IMG/VR virus record: IMGVR_UViG_3300024059_000003
Coordinates: 1 to 64,000 of that record
Source of the DNA: an uncultured virus (IMG/VR IMGVR_UViG_3300024059_000003)
Lineage: Duplodnaviria > Heunggongvirae > Uroviricota > Caudoviricetes
Length of the DNA: 64,000 nt
Strand: one strand, 5' to 3'
Shown: one piece after another, positions 1 to 12,800 of the stretch
Layout of the letters: the number at the start of each line of letters is the position of its first letter
Position numbering within the stretch: position 1 is the stretch's first letter
Notes under the pieces: generated by a model
Database searches by the model: none
What the model was told of the DNA's origin: nothing
What the model saw: the letters and a program-made list of their open reading frames with translations, nothing else
Position numbers and translations under genes: made by a program

Positions 1-3000
1 CGGTAGATATACCTGAGGTACCAGGACTACCTGGACTACCACTATTACCAGAGGTTCCACTACTACCAGAGGTTCCACTTGTACCAGATGTACCACTTGT
101 ACCGCTCGTACCAGATGTTCCTGTTGTACCGCTAGTACCAGACGTACCATCATCACCAGAAGAACCACTCGTTCCTGAAGTTCCATCTATCCCAGTAGTA
201 CCACTACTACCAGAGGTACCGGACGTACCAGATGTGCCATCATCACCACTGGATCCAGATGTACCTGACGTTCCAGTATTACCTGAAGTTCCTGACGTGC
301 CAGTCGTTCCTGATGTACCACTTGTACCATCATCACCAGAACTACCTGATGTACCAGCTGTTCCTGATGTACCAGTGGTGCCACTCGTTCCGCTTGTTCC
401 ATCTTCTCCATCTTCTCCTGAAGTTCCACTTGTACCTGACGATCCAGCTGTTCCTGATGTGCCACTAGTACCACTATCTCCACTGCTACCAGATGTTCCT
501 GAGGTTCCATCTTCACCAGTTGTACCAGAGGTACCACTAGTTCCACTTGTACCATCATCACCACTCGTGCCTGATGTTCCATCATCACCACTAGTACCTG
601 ACGTACCGGTTGTCCCTGAAGAGCCACTACTTCCAGCTGTACCAGAAGAACCACTAGTTCCATCATTACCAGAGCTTCCACTAGTTCCACTTGTACCTGA
701 TGAGCCACTTTCTCCACTAGTACCAGATGTTCCACTGCTACCACTTGTACCAGAGGTTCCATCCTCTCCAGTTGTACCACTAGTCCCTGATGTGCCAGTT
801 GTTCCTGAGCTACCACTAGTACCAGCCGTACCAGAGCTACCACTTTCTCCACTAGTACCTGATGTAGCAGAAGAACCTGATGTACCAGAGGTACCAGTTG
901 TTCCACTTGTTCCATCTGTACCAGTTGTACCAGAAGTCCCTGAGCTACCACTAGTTCCAGAGGTGCCAGATGTTCCATCTTGTGCACTTGTACCACTTGT
1001 ACCAGCTGTTCCACTTGTACCACTACTTCCACTATCACCTGAACTTCCAGATGTACCTGAAGTCCCTGAGGATCCAGATGTTCCATCCACACCTGGGTCT
1101 CCTTTATCTCCTGTTAATACAAAACATGCTGTAATATCTTCAAGGTTAGTAAGAGGACTACCACCTTGAGATTCATTTATTACTACTAATGTCCACCAAG
1201 TTCCATTGTCAGTTAATTCATCTATTGCAAATAATATAAAGTCAGATGAATCGTCTTTGTCTGCTAATCTTACGTGTCCTTTTATTGCAGATGTAGATGC
1301 ATCAATACTTTCTAGGAAAGATTGTATATTGTTACCATCATCATCAAACTCACTTATATATAATCTAGTAGCTGAAGTTTGTGTAGCATTATTTAACTGA
1401 ACTTTTCCTGTACCAGGATCTGCTGCAGGATTAGGAACAGTAGTTGAGAATGTATAATCGAAACATGCACCACCAAAACTACCGTCAGCTCCAGATGTAC
1501 CTGCTGTACCAGAACTTCCTGAAGTACCACTAGTTCCACTAGAACCAGTATTACCACTAGATCCACTCGTGCCAGATGTACCACTGGTTCCTGAACTACC
1601 AGAGTTTCCTGAAGATCCACTACTTCCTGAGGTACCACTTGTACCTGAGCTTCCACTGTCTCCACTAGATCCACTAGATCCACTTGTACCGTCTATACCG
1701 GTTGTACCACTGGTACCACTTGTACCACTTGTGCCTGATGTACCATCATTTCCACTACTTCCACTACTTCCAGCAGTACCACTAGATCCAGAAGATCCAC
1801 TCACACCACTTGTACCACTTGTTCCAGAACTACCGTCTTCACCAGTAGTACCTGATGTGCCACTTGAACCAGATGTTCCAGAAGTACCATCCTCTCCACT
1901 AGAGCCACTACTTCCTGCAGTACCACTACTTCCACTTGTACCATCTTCTCCGCTAGAACCACTTGTTCCAGATGTTCCACTAGTTCCGTCTATACCACTA
2001 GACCCTGAAGTACCTGTTGTTCCAGATGTACCACTAGTTCCATCTTCACCGGTTGTTCCTGATGTACCTGATGATCCACTAGTTCCACTACTTCCATTTT
2101 CTCCATCAGTTCCTGAACTACCACTAGTACCGGATGTTCCACTAGTACCACTAGTTGCACTGGTTCCTGAAGTTCCTGCTGTACCTGATGTTCCATTACT
2201 ACCATCCTCACCACTTGTTCCACTTGTACCGGTAGTACCGCTAGTTCCTGATGTACCATCTTCTCCAGCTGTACCACTCGTACCACTTGTAGCAGATGTT
2301 CCAGATGTACCACTGCTTCCGTCTGCTGCAGATGTACCAGAGCTACCTGAACTTCCGGATGTACCAGAGGTTCCAGAGGTACCAGATGTTCCACTGCTAC
2401 CAGAACATAATCCATTAATCCCTATAGATCCACTAGCGTCAAATCTAGGTAAATCTTTAGAACACACATCGATTGCATTTCCTTCGGATATAGTAATAGA
2501 TTGAGCTACGTTTGCACAGTCTGTATATGATGCATCACAATCACCTCCACCATTTGGACATGATAGGTTATAGCTTATACAGCTACCACCAGAAGATCCA
2601 GATGTTCCACTTGTACCACCTGATCCACTAGTGCCACTAGTGCCAGAGGTACCAGAAGTAGCAGATGTACCTGATGTTCCATCAATAGCTGATGTTCCAC
2701 TAGTTCCAGAAGTTGCGGATGTACCAGCTGTCCCACTTGAACCAGACGTTCCAGTTGTCCCACTCGTACCAGATGTACCTGATGTGGTTCCTACAGCTAC
2801 ACCAACTTGTACAGTATTAAATACTACAGAAGGTGCTGCTGGAGTTTGATAAGGGGTTGTTTTACTTGTGAGAGCATCTAATTGAACATTAGGATTACTT
2901 GATGCAATATATAGCTCTAAATAATCTTGAGATTCTAGTTCTATTATATATGATATATATGGTATATCAATTGCATCTTGATGATGTAGAGAATGGATCC

Positions 3001-4385
3001 TGTCTTTTCTTATAAAGTCTGTACCATTCTTTCTCAACCATATATCTATAGTTGTGTGTCCACCACCACCTGTCTTTTCCATTTGTAGAGAATAGCCCAC
3101 TTCATATACACCAGCATGAGGATATCTTACTTGTTGATTAAAGTCTAAGATAATACCATTAGAAAGTTCTGTAGTATTGAATGTAATACCTGTTGGAACA
3201 TCTGCTGCAGCTACCGGTTGTGTTGTGGTGTCTGAAAAGCTAGCATACCAGTTTGCTATACTAGCACCAGATGTTCCATTAATACCACTACTACCAGCTG
3301 TACCGCTTGTGCCTGATGTGCCACTCGTACCACTCGTACCTGTTGTTCCAGAAGAACCACTGGTTCCACTTGTAGCAGATGTTCCGGATGTTCCTGCTGT
3401 TCCACTTGTAGCAGATGTTCCACTAGTCCCTCGTGTTCCAGACGTTCCACTTGTTCCTGTAGTACCTGAAGTCCCTGTTGTACCTGAAGTTCCAGAGGTT
3501 CCTGATGTACCACTTGAACCAGTGTTACCACTAGATCCACTAGTTCCTGTTGTACCAGATGTTCCAGCTGTGCCAGAACTACCAGAAGTACCAGTCGTAC
3601 CACTTGTTCCAGTAGTACCACTTGTGCCACTTGTGCCTGTTGTACCACTTGTGCCAGATGTACCTGTTGTTCCACTAGTACCGCTGGTACCAGAAGACCC
3701 ATCTCCACCAGTTGCTCCATCAAGATTGATACACCACGAAGTGTATGTACCAGATCCTACTACCTTAAAAGGTGGGGTGAAACATAACTGTCCTGTTACT
3801 GGATCATAGGATACTACATCGCATTCTTGATAGTTATTTACATCATGAGCAATAACAATAGATTGACCTGCAGTGTATGCAAGTCCAGTGTCTACAGTTA
3901 AACATTCATTAACAGTATTACCTAAAGTAAATGATGTTCCTGTAATACATGTTTTATACTTATCTCCTTGATCTCCAGACGTTCCACTTGTTCCAGACGT
4001 TGCACTTGTTCCACTAGAGCCTGATGTACCACTCGTACCAGTTGTACCACTTGTACCGGTGGTCCCTGAAGTTCCAGATGTGCCACTTGTACCTGATGTA
4101 CCAGTTGTACCTGAGGTACCAGAAGTACCAACTGAACCAGATGAGCCTGACGAACCTGCTGTACCACTACTCCCACTAGTTCCAGTAGTACCTGATGTAC
4201 CTGACGTACCTGAAGAACCAGAACTTGCTGATGAACCTGAAGTACCTGTGGTACCTGAAGTACCAGATGTACCACTAGTTCCGGAAGTTCCAGATGTTCC
4301 AGATGTAGCAGAAGTACCAGAAGTACCAGCTGTACCTGACGTTCCACTAGTACCAGAAGTGCCACTTGTACCATCAGCTCCAGCA
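1..4385 (-). repeat. Five blocks of degenerate 9-nt repeats encoding Gly-X-Y triplets (GTS/GSS/GED)
   Basis: Blocks at ~1-1100, 1480-2405, 2590-2790, 3265-3720 and 3970-4385; plus-strand units such as accagatgt/accacttgt/tccactagt. Confidence 0.95.
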
Positions 4386-4552
4386 CCACTACAAAGTCTT
4401 TTGTTTATTTCTTCTAGAGCATTTTCTACAGTCATATTTGTTAAGACTCCAGAGCATACGAGGTTTGGGCCCTCATAAAACACACAAGCTGCACTTAGTG
4501 TTATGGGGCAAGGATTAGCTGCACAAACTAACTTGTTACTACTTTTACTCAT
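1..4552 (-). CDS. Collagen-like (Gly-Thr-Ser)n fibre protein with interspersed globular domains, 3'-partial (>=1517 aa)
   Basis: ATG at 4552 ([31 protein letters not shown]...). All Gly-X-Y blocks are in one frame, the non-repeat segments I translated have no stops, and the ORF is absent from the track, consistent with no stop inside the window. A C1q/BclA-CTD-like segment lies at ~2800-3260. Confidence 0.88.
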   Translation of the reverse strand, partial: MSKSSNKLVCAANPCPITLSAACVFYEGPNLVCSGVLTNMTVENALEEINKRLCSGAGADGTSGTSGTSGTSGTAGTSGTSATSGTSGTSGTSGTSGTSGTTGTSGSSASSGSSGTSGTSGTTGTSGSSGTAGSSGSSGSVGTSGTSGTTGTSGTSGTSGTSGTTGTSGTTGTSGTSGSSGTSATSGTSGTSGDQGDKYKTCITGTSFTLGNTVNECLTVDTGLAYTAGQSIVIAHDVNNYQECDVVSYDPVTGQLCFTPPFKVVGSGTYTSWCINLDGATGGDGSSGTSGTSGTTGTSGTSGTTGTSGTSGTTGTSGTTGTSGSSGTAGTSGTTGTSGSSGNTGSSGTSGTSGTSGTTGTSGTTGTSGTSGTRGTSGTSATSGTAGTSGTSATSGTSGSSGTTGTSGTSGTSGTSGTAGSSGINGTSGASIANWYASFSDTTTQPVAAADVPTGITFNTTELSNGIILDFNQQVRYPHAGVYEVGYSLQMEKTGGGGHTTIDIWLRKNGTDFIRKDRIHSLHHQDAIDIPYISYIIELESQDYLELYIASSNPNVQLDALTSKTTPYQTPAAPSVVFNTVQVGVAVGTTSGTSGTSGTTGTSGSSGTAGTSATSGTSGTSAIDGTSGTSATSGTSGTSGTSGSGGTSGTSGSSGGSCISYNLSCPNGGGDCDASYTDCANVAQSITISEGNAIDVCSKDLPRFDASGSIGINGLCSGSSGTSGTSGTSGTSGSSGSSGTSAADGSSGTSGTSATSGTSGTAGEDGTSGTSGTTGTSGTSGEDGSNGTSGTAGTSGTSATSGTSGTSGTSGSSGTDGENGSSGTSGSSGTSGTTGEDGTSGTSGTTGTSGSSGIDGTSGTSGTSGSSGEDGTSGSSGTAGSSGSSGEDGTSGTSGSSGTSGTTGEDGSSGTSGTSGVSGSSGSSGTAGSSGSSGNDGTSGTSGTSGTSGTTGIDGTSGSSGSSGDSGSSGTSGTSGSSGSSGNSGSSGTSGTSGTSGSSGNTGSSGTSGTSGSSGTAGTSGADGSFGGACFDYTFSTTVPNPAADPGTGKVQLNNATQTSATRLYISEFDDDGNNIQSFLESIDASTSAIKGHVRLADKDDSSDFILFAIDELTDNGTWWTLVVINESQGGSPLTNLEDITACFVLTGDKGDPGVDGTSGSSGTSGTSGSSGDSGSSGTSGTAGTSGTSAQDGTSGTSGTSGSSGTSGTTGTDGTSGTTGTSGTSGSSATSGTSGESGSSGTAGTSGSSGTTGTSGTSGTTGEDGTSGTSGSSGTSGTSGESGSSGTSGTSGSSGNDGTSGSSGTAGSSGSSGTTGTSGTSGDDGTSGTSGDDGTSGTSGTSGTTGEDGTSGTSGSSGDSGTSGTSGTAGSSGTSGTSGEDGEDGTSGTSGTTGTSGTAGTSGSSGDDGTSGTSGTTGTSGTSGNTGTSGTSGSSGDDGTSGTSGTSGSSGTTGIDGTSGTSGSSGDDGTSGTSGTTGTSGTSGTSGTSGTSGTSGSSGTSGNSGSPGSPGTSGIST

Positions 4553-4571
4553 CTAGAATGGGTATATGTTA

Positions 4572-4967
4572 TTAATGTACTATCTTAAGGAAGTCTCCTG
4601 TACGATATACCTGACCTACGGTTAGTCCAGCGAATATAGCAGCTGAATTATTAGAGTGCTCAGGAGCACCTGTTATAGGTACAGTTAAGAGTACTTCCCA
4701 ATCAGAAGCTGTTCCAGCAAGATTAGCAATGTAGACTTTCCCACTTGTTGCACTTTGATCAATGTGTATTTTTCCTACATAAGGTGCAGGACTTACAGGC
4801 GTAGATGTGTTAAACGAAGGAACTAAGTTCTTATCAATGCTTCCTAGGATGTTTTCTAAGTTATCTCCAGGGTTTACTACTGCATTGGGTAAGTAGGGGC
4901 CATTGTATATAATGCATTCTGCATTTTGATAAACAGCACATGTGGGACAAATTTCAGCGGTTCTCAT
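4572..4967 (-). CDS. Small fibre/anchor-domain virion protein (131 aa)
   Basis: N-terminal CxxYxGPxL...GDxL..IL..ID..L domain shared with the ORFs starting at 4552, 45450 and 46601; directly downstream of a TAnnTTTG promoter. Confidence 0.65.
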   Translation of the reverse strand: MRTAEICPTCAVYQNAECIIYNGPYLPNAVVNPGDNLENILGSIDKNLVPSFNTSTPVSPAPYVGKIHIDQSATSGKVYIANLAGTASDWEVLLTVPITGAPEHSNNSAAIFAGLTVGQVYRTGDFLKIVH

Positions 4968-4974
4968 ATTATTA

Positions 4975-5039
4975 CAAATTTATGTTATTATTTTTTATTT
5001 TTAATCATTACTAGTAAAATACCTTCGTATAATATAGCA
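4975..5039 (-). promoter_or_regulatory. Bacteroidota-type -7 promoter (TAAATTTG) with upstream TGCTATATTAT box
   Basis: TAAATTTG at 4982-4975 matches TAnnTTTG; TGCTATATTAT at 5039-5029 also occurs at 61891-61881. Confidence 0.6.
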
Positions 5040-5045
5040 ATTGTA

Positions 5046-8000
5046 TTATCTTCTTCTCTTTTCTTGGATGGTTACATCAAAATCTTTAGCGAATTCAGCA
5101 TCAAACATAGCTATCCACTGTACCATAGACTTAGTTACAGGAAGCATTCTCATTCCCTGTTTTATAGGAAGAGCATCTTCTCTAACTTCTATTGGTCCTT
5201 TATCAAGATTACCAAATTCAATACCTGTAGTTTGTCTACTCATGTGTTGAACAAAAGTACTGAATTCTTTAAGCAAACTTAATGATGGTAATATACCTCC
5301 ACTTAAAGTTGAACTCCACTCTGCTGGATTGTAAAAGAACATAAGTTCTTCATAGAATCTATTAAAAGATTTTCTCATGTATCTATAAGAATTCTTTTCA
5401 GCTCTATCTGCATCATCATCTGGTTCAAAGAACCCTGTTACAAATAGCATTCCTTGGAGTGTCATAAGTATAAGAAGTTCTTGTAGTTGTTTTCTTGTAT
5501 TCTGTCGTACCATTTCTATGAAGTCTTCTCTGGACATGTTTAATCTTTCTCCGGTTGTTTCTTCATAAGACTTAGCGTACTTCTCAAACATTTGATCCAT
5601 TTTTTCTAGACCTGCATCAGTTATATCATTACCAAATGCACCTATAGACATTAACTCCCTTATACTTCTTAGTAGATTAAGATGAAGAAAGTTTCCAGCA
5701 AACAATCTAACTCTTCCTATGTCATACTTCTCTCCGGTAGTCATACCATCTTCTCCTACTCGTGTAGTAAAGTCATCACCTACTTTTCTGAACTCACTAA
5801 AACGTGTGTCTACAAGTTTAGGGATCCAACCTTTAAACACCATCATGGACTTAGTCCAAATATTCATGTTCATTTTAATTTGATCGAAGTCTGTAAAACC
5901 ACCAGTAGCATTTCTAGCTATAGTTCTTGTAAGATTTGTAAGACGTTGAATCTCTTTTCTATTCTTTAAATCTAAACCTGGTACTACAACTTTACCATCT
6001 ACAAGTTTTTGAGTGGCTGTAATAGATTTATTTTTCTTTAGTTCTTCAATCTCTTTCTTTATGGTATCCTTTACTGAATTGTATGTTGCAGCATCCTTAT
6101 ATCTATCTTTATATTTATTTCTTACAAACTCTTTTATATTAATTAAGTTACCATCTATAACCATGGTGTTATCTAAAAGAGTTTTGAATAGAGATCTTTC
6201 TAAGTGTAGTTCTGGTTCTCTAAAGAATGCAAACAATGTATCCTGTGCACCCATATCTAATTTGGCAGACTTGGAGATAACAGAGTCTTTCAACTTTTCA
6301 TAAGTAGGACTCTCTTTCAGTGGCATAAATATCTCTACCAACTGCTCGAACATATCCCTCTCTTCACCTTTACGCCATTTATTTCCTACAAGTTTAAGCT
6401 CATTAGCTGCAAACTCTCTAGCGTTGAAATAGTTACCTGCTTGAGCTGCTACCTGTATGTTAGAACCAAAAATGTTAACAGCACCAGACAGAGGTTCTAG
6501 ACCTAAAGTCTTTGCTTGAAATGCATTATTAAGTGTTTGCATAAACTTAATAATAGAATAGTTACTTCCTTTTTCTCCTACATCAAACAACTCTTTACCT
6601 GTTAATTGTTTAGCGATCTTATTTATTCCTGTTCTTAATCTACCAGTAGGTACACCAAAGTCTTCACCGTCTGCAGGGAACTGATTATCATACATGATTG
6701 TTTCCATAAACAGGTCGAATATCTTTGCATTATTTTCATTACCTTTCTCTATAACTGGTTTACCACCTTCCATAGCAGTTCTTGAAAACCTGCCAGTTTT
6801 GTAGTGATCCTTAGCATGTACTATAGTTTTTACTAGATTCATCTGACCTTCTATATCACTCATGTACTTATACTTATTCATGTGATTGATATACAAGATT
6901 TGATTCTTAAAGAACTCTAACGATACATCAGTCATATCATTTGGTCCACCCTCAGAATCTGCACTAAAATCAAATGTATAGTATTTAGGAATAGCATTCT
7001 CAGTAGCTCCAGTTATTTCATTGATAGAACCGTATCCTATATCGTCTGCTCTTGCAGTTAATCTAGCTCCAAAATTCTTTACAGCACTCAGACTAAAATC
7101 CCATGCCATGCTTTCTGCTGTACCTTTACGTATAAAAGGTAGGAATGTACTTTGTACTCTATTATCTAAATAACCTATGTCTTTAGCTTTTTCATTCATC
7201 TTTGAGATGAAGTTGTACAAATCTAGTAGGTCTGGATTCTTCTTTATTTCTTTATACTCTGTAGATTCCCATTTAGATTGTGGATGTCTTTTAATTACAT
7301 AGTTGTTCCATCCATTAAAATCACTTCTACCTATATCCCACTTACGTTTGGCTTCTAGTATAAGTCTATCTCTTAAAGTTTCATCATCGTATAGTTTGTT
7401 ATACTTGTCTATTTCTCTTTTTAAAAGTTCATTAGCTTCTTTTTTGTAGCCTGCGATATCTATACTTTCTTGTAAAAACTTTTTACTTCTATTGCCCTCT
7501 TCTGCATTTTGATCTATAGCATCATAAAAATCTCTAGAGTATTTATAGATTAATTTATTTACTAAGCCACCCTCTGTGTTTGTTTGATACAAAGGTCTTA
7601 CAATGTCTAATAGGTTACCCCCTTGTTGTTTTAGTTTATCTCTAATTGCAAGAAGTTCATTAACTTCACCAACAGAAGTTGCTTGTGCTTCTGATTGTGC
7701 AACTCTAGCTACCCTCGACAATATTCTTAAAGAAGGTAAAGGCAACTCAGATAAACTTCTAAACGTAGACTTCAATCCTCGTAATAGTGTTTGAGGAGAA
7801 AGTAAACCACTTACATTATTCTTTAATCCTACAAACTTATCTGCAAATTCCCCACTTATCTTCTCTATCTCTCTTAGATTTCTACTTATTTGACGTGCTT
7901 TTTCATCTATGTCTTTTAAGTATGAAGCTTGTTCTTCCTTACTAAGACCAGAGTTTTTAATAAGTGGTTCTAGGTCTAAGTTAATTTGAGAAAATACTTT

Positions 8001-9893
8001 TCCTGTTTCTAGGTATTGAACTATTCTATCTGCATAGTCTGATAACTGTGCGTCCTCAAAGTCTTCAGCAGTAGCAGGCCTGTTCTTATATGTAGTTTCA
8101 AACTCTGCAATAAGGTTTTCACCTTCTGTTTGTTGCACAACCACCGCATCGATTAAAGGTGATAGGTTTTGATTTGCTTGTGCTTGACGTATGGCAGACT
8201 TTAGTATGTTAAGACGATCTCTTTTACTTGATCTATCAACCTCATCTGTAGGCTTTGTTTTTTCTATCTGAGTATAAACTGCGTTTAATTTTTGAATAAG
8301 CTGATCTAAGTCTCTCACACCAGTAGTCTCAGTCTTTTCAGATACAGGAGTTAAAGTTAAAGGCTCAACACTTGAAGGATTAACACTTCCTATACCTATT
8401 CCAACAAACTCTAATGGAGACTTGCGATCTTGAAAGTTTTGTCTCTTTAAATTTAATAGTATAGGAACAGCTCTATTCTTTCCTATTTCTTTTACTCCAT
8501 AGTTATCTTTTAAGATTTGCTTGTATGTACCAAGTTGTATACCATATGCTCCTTGTTTGTACCATGCTACATCTTTTGCACCTTTAGCTACATTCATAAA
8601 CTTCCAGTCATATATATGTGACGTTCCATCTTGATCTACAATCAGTAGGTCAATTGTGCCTGCTTCTTTATTCTGTTCATCATAAATCATGACTTCAGAA
8701 AACACCATAGGGTTTTTATTATTTTTAGAAAACTCTGCTATAAGATCTGTGTAATACTTTTCTAGTTTACTATAGACCTGAGCTTTCTTAACGTCTTGTA
8801 TAGTTGGTGAAGGGTCTGGAACTTCCCTTCTCGTACCATCTGAGTTAAAGAATCTTCCATGTATCTCTTCGAACATATCGTGAAACTCTACGCCCAGTTG
8901 TCTTTTTAATTCATTATCTCTTTTCTCTTCTGCAGTAAATGATTTACCTCTAAACTTACTAGCGTACCATGCCTTTACTCTATCTGTAACTCTTTTTAAT
9001 ACTCGTTGATACTCACCATTTACAAGAACTTCATAATAGTTATTTGCATTCTCGTCATCTAGTAATAAAGGATTAGCTTCTTTTGTACTCTCAACCTTCC
9101 TAAGACTATTCTTAGTAGCTATAAGTTTTTGCTGTATTGCCTTCTGTGCAGGGGTAATTGAAAAGTAAATTTCTTTTGCACTAGCATCAATCAGGTCTCC
9201 TTCTACACCCTCTGTTACTTGTTCTGCAGCTTGTTGAAATATGTCTAGATTAGATTGTGCATACTGTCCTCTAAACCAATCTTTTATAGTGTTCCATATC
9301 TGTCTAAAAAAACTAGTATTTTCTTCTTCTAGTGCAGCTGGATCACTTAGTTCGTTTAAGTTTTCACTTACTAGATATGTAATTAGTTTATCCGCTGCCT
9401 CTTTCTTTATCTTTCTAATATCAGGTCTACCGTTCTCTAACTGATAAACTGGATTGTCTCTATATTGATCTAACGTATCTTTGTATATCTTAAATCTATC
9501 TATCTTAGATATCATCTGAGTAACTAGACTTGGGTTCTGTTGCTCTAGTATAGCCGTAGCAATGTGAACCATTTCCTCTGTAATGTCTATATCTGTTGCT
9601 CCTTCACTTACAGCAATTATCTTTCCGGTAATATCAGCAATTGCATTAGCTGAACTAAAATCTATTTCAGGATTTTCCTTTGCATAATCTTGTAGCTCTA
9701 CAATGTTTACACCCATCTTAGCTATCAACTCTTTTACTCTAGGAGTGATAGAATTAACTCCAGCTACATCTGTATATTCCTGTGCAGGAACATTACCATT
9801 GTAATTATTCCATAAAAAATATGCTCGGTCTTCTCCTTTAGCAGCAACTAATTGTTTCCACTCCGGTAAATTTATGTTAGGACATCTTGCCAT
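5046..9893 (-). CDS. Large cargo/ejection protein with PD-(D/E)xK nuclease-like domain and degenerate zincin-like segment (1615 aa)
   Basis: EVMIYD...AGTIDLLIVDQDG...IYDWK motif (~8600-8700); EEMVH (~9565-9580); C-terminal hydrophobic segment; TAATG-coupled to the RNAP gene. Confidence 0.7.
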   Translation of the reverse strand: MARCPNINLPEWKQLVAAKGEDRAYFLWNNYNGNVPAQEYTDVAGVNSITPRVKELIAKMGVNIVELQDYAKENPEIDFSSANAIADITGKIIAVSEGATDIDITEEMVHIATAILEQQNPSLVTQMISKIDRFKIYKDTLDQYRDNPVYQLENGRPDIRKIKKEAADKLITYLVSENLNELSDPAALEEENTSFFRQIWNTIKDWFRGQYAQSNLDIFQQAAEQVTEGVEGDLIDASAKEIYFSITPAQKAIQQKLIATKNSLRKVESTKEANPLLLDDENANNYYEVLVNGEYQRVLKRVTDRVKAWYASKFRGKSFTAEEKRDNELKRQLGVEFHDMFEEIHGRFFNSDGTRREVPDPSPTIQDVKKAQVYSKLEKYYTDLIAEFSKNNKNPMVFSEVMIYDEQNKEAGTIDLLIVDQDGTSHIYDWKFMNVAKGAKDVAWYKQGAYGIQLGTYKQILKDNYGVKEIGKNRAVPILLNLKRQNFQDRKSPLEFVGIGIGSVNPSSVEPLTLTPVSEKTETTGVRDLDQLIQKLNAVYTQIEKTKPTDEVDRSSKRDRLNILKSAIRQAQANQNLSPLIDAVVVQQTEGENLIAEFETTYKNRPATAEDFEDAQLSDYADRIVQYLETGKVFSQINLDLEPLIKNSGLSKEEQASYLKDIDEKARQISRNLREIEKISGEFADKFVGLKNNVSGLLSPQTLLRGLKSTFRSLSELPLPSLRILSRVARVAQSEAQATSVGEVNELLAIRDKLKQQGGNLLDIVRPLYQTNTEGGLVNKLIYKYSRDFYDAIDQNAEEGNRSKKFLQESIDIAGYKKEANELLKREIDKYNKLYDDETLRDRLILEAKRKWDIGRSDFNGWNNYVIKRHPQSKWESTEYKEIKKNPDLLDLYNFISKMNEKAKDIGYLDNRVQSTFLPFIRKGTAESMAWDFSLSAVKNFGARLTARADDIGYGSINEITGATENAIPKYYTFDFSADSEGGPNDMTDVSLEFFKNQILYINHMNKYKYMSDIEGQMNLVKTIVHAKDHYKTGRFSRTAMEGGKPVIEKGNENNAKIFDLFMETIMYDNQFPADGEDFGVPTGRLRTGINKIAKQLTGKELFDVGEKGSNYSIIKFMQTLNNAFQAKTLGLEPLSGAVNIFGSNIQVAAQAGNYFNAREFAANELKLVGNKWRKGEERDMFEQLVEIFMPLKESPTYEKLKDSVISKSAKLDMGAQDTLFAFFREPELHLERSLFKTLLDNTMVIDGNLINIKEFVRNKYKDRYKDAATYNSVKDTIKKEIEELKKNKSITATQKLVDGKVVVPGLDLKNRKEIQRLTNLTRTIARNATGGFTDFDQIKMNMNIWTKSMMVFKGWIPKLVDTRFSEFRKVGDDFTTRVGEDGMTTGEKYDIGRVRLFAGNFLHLNLLRSIRELMSIGAFGNDITDAGLEKMDQMFEKYAKSYEETTGERLNMSREDFIEMVRQNTRKQLQELLILMTLQGMLFVTGFFEPDDDADRAEKNSYRYMRKSFNRFYEELMFFYNPAEWSSTLSGGILPSLSLLKEFSTFVQHMSRQTTGIEFGNLDKGPIEVREDALPIKQGMRMLPVTKSMVQWIAMFDAEFAKDFDVTIQEKRRR

Positions 9894-12800
9894 TACTTAC
9901 AAATTAGTTTAAATATTTCACCAGCTTGATCTTCTGTGTAACCTAAGTCAAGTAACATTGGCACATTGATTTCAGATATATTAAATTCTTTTGAACCAGT
10001 TCTACCTAGTTGAACCATGTCACCTTTCTTATCAAACATAAGTTTGTTAGGTGCGACAGATTGTGTAGGTGCATTTCTTGTTTTTCCTTTATTATTAAAT
10101 GCTTCTATAATTGATGAGTCATGCTTTTCATCAGCTTTTACTGTACCGTTATCAAATACTGATGGTCTAGGTCCAGTATAATATTCTTTAGCTCTATATC
10201 CATCTCCTAATGCATTGACATGTTTATAAACAAAATAAAGTTTTGGCTCACTCTCACCTTTTTTTGTATAGGAGTGTATAAAAGGGTCAGCAGTTGGAAG
10301 CATACTAATACTATTACCTCTTACCTTTTTAAATAGTCCTTTATTTATGAATGAATAATCTCCTTTGGAGGCCATCTCTTTTCTTTCTTTTGCATCAAAG
10401 TTTGGATTGTTCCAACTAAATGTAACAAGATCTGATTGTGCAGCTCTACTACCTGTACTTAATGTCATCACTTGAGGAATAGCTCCGGATGCTACAGAAG
10501 CTTTTACACCCTTTGGAAGATATGCCATTGCTGGATTATACACATACATACCGTTTTGTTGTTGAATCCATCTTGCTCTTTCTTGAGGTACAATTCCTGT
10601 GCTTGATGCCCAGTTGTTTCTCTCAAACATGTTCAAGGTATAGAAGTCATCTAAGGTATCAATTTTATCTAACCTAGACAAGGTTTGATTGTATATTTCT
10701 TGAAAGTCTTCATACGGCATTAAAGAAGTAAATGATATTTGTGAGTTATCTAGTCCGGACTGCAGTATACCTGTCACTATAATCTTTTTATAAAGAGCAG
10801 GGTCTATGTTTTGTTTAAGTTCACGAAACGCATATATTATGGTGTTCTGCTCATATACCTTTCTATTATTATTCCTAAGCTTTATGTTGTTAGGAGTATC
10901 TCCAGAACGTTTTGATGGATCTGTTTCTAATAACTGAATTACCTGATTACCGTATAGTGGGTGTTTAGGATTTCCAAGTACCTCAGTAACAAGTGATGCC
11001 ACCTCACCTGCTGTACCATCGTTATCCACAAGCATAGTTTTTAGCATCATGTTTAACTGTTGGTCTGTTTGAACAGCATAATCATATAAACTGTTAACAG
11101 CTCTTCTAGACACTTTTATAAATTCACTATCTGGTAAATTTGTATAAGGTAGTAACACATTTTGTAATATATCTCTAGTAGTTGATTGATCTGATGTAAG
11201 CATTAAAGACATAGCTTCTCTTGCCTCTAACAATGATGACACAGTTTCTTTTAAGAATGTATTATCTATAAGAGCCATAGCTGCAGACACTGACTCACCT
11301 TTATTATTCATTGCATAGAACACTGGATCAACCCTTTCTGTAAGAGAAATTGCTTTAGATAATTGTGCTTGTTTCTTAAACACTAAGTAAGGATCATTAA
11401 ATGTTGTTGTATCCCAATTAGTTCCTTGTGTAAGTGTAAACAAGTCACGTGCTTGTTCTGCATAGCTTATAAATTCATCTAATATAAATCTTTGATACGC
11501 TTTTTCTTTATTGCTCATGTTGGGTTTACCAAGTTGAGATCTCAGATAATCTCTGAAAGGGAGTAGTTCAGACTCTTTCTCTGTTAGTTCTGAAGGACTT
11601 CCATATTTGTCTTCTTTCAGTTCATTAGCAAAGTCTTCGATAAATAACCAAGTATATCCACTCTCCTCAATTCTACGTAAATAATCTCTAACGATTGGTT
11701 GATTCATAAAGTAGGATACAGTGTCAACAGGTACACCAGCTTTAATTAAATATAACCAAGTAGATGATGTAGCAGGTGTCATACCTAGTTCTATAATCCA
11801 CGGTCCTGCTGATATGTCTACCATACCATCTATTACCTGTCCATTTATATCAGATATAAAATCACCAGCAGCATTCTTTACACCAGACAAAGACACTGCT
11901 TCTCCAACACCTGGTATATTTACAGTGTTCTTTCTTCTAAACTTTATTTGTTCTGGCTTTACATATAGTAGAGAATGTTGATTAAGAGCTAAGTTAGTTT
12001 GATTAACTGCAGCTATACCAATACCTCTTTTACCTTGAACAAATGCATTACGTAACCTAGACATAAACCTTTTATCAAGTAAGTTTCCTATGTTACTGTA
12101 GTCAAATGCTCCTGTTCTAGTTTTATCCACAATCTCTTCTGACAATGCTTTTAATTGACTAGCATCATTAGGAACAATAAGTCTTTCAAAGTTCTCAGGT
12201 AATGTAATAATATTTTCTGTAGACTTTATATACTGGTTCTCTAAAGATCTAGAATACATTCTATCTACTACTGTTTGTCTGATTCCTTTTTCTTGAAGCT
12301 CAAACATGTAATCATCTATAACGTCTTGATTATCAAAGGTTTCTCCAAAGATAGCTTCTATTAACTCGCCTTCAAGTTCTCCAGACTCAAAGTCTTTTAT
12401 TCTTTGATTTAGTTCTTTCTGTTGAGCTTTATTAAGTAGTGCCCCACTGTCATACAGTTCTTCAAACCTTTTCTTAGCTTGATCACCGTATCCATAAAAA
12501 GGTACTTCTTGTAACTTACCATTAACTACAACTGCATTCTTAAGATACATGAAAAGTTTATCAATATCAAAATCCGATCCCACCTTCTCAACTATTGCTG
12601 CAGGAACTACAACATTATCTCCAAACTCTTTAGGTAAGAATTGTTTTATTCTTATAGCATCTATAGAGTTTTGTTTCTGTGTAGGTATACGGAATGCTAC
12701 ACCGGTCAATAACTCTTGACCTTCTTCAGTGTTATTTAGGTAGTCTAATAGTTCTGCATCTGTCATTCCCATGTTAGAGAACCAGCGACCCACCATAACC

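Noticed and set aside
1..4385. Possible CRISPR array or non-coding satellite
   Set aside because: Repeats are 9-nt, codon-degenerate and in frame; there is no repeat-spacer structure and no cas genes
187..4478. Listed ORFs rich in PLV/PDV (plus strand) and VQLE-type repeats (minus strand)
   Set aside because: Antisense and off-frame shadows of the single GTS-repeat gene; the repeat lacks stop codons in those frames
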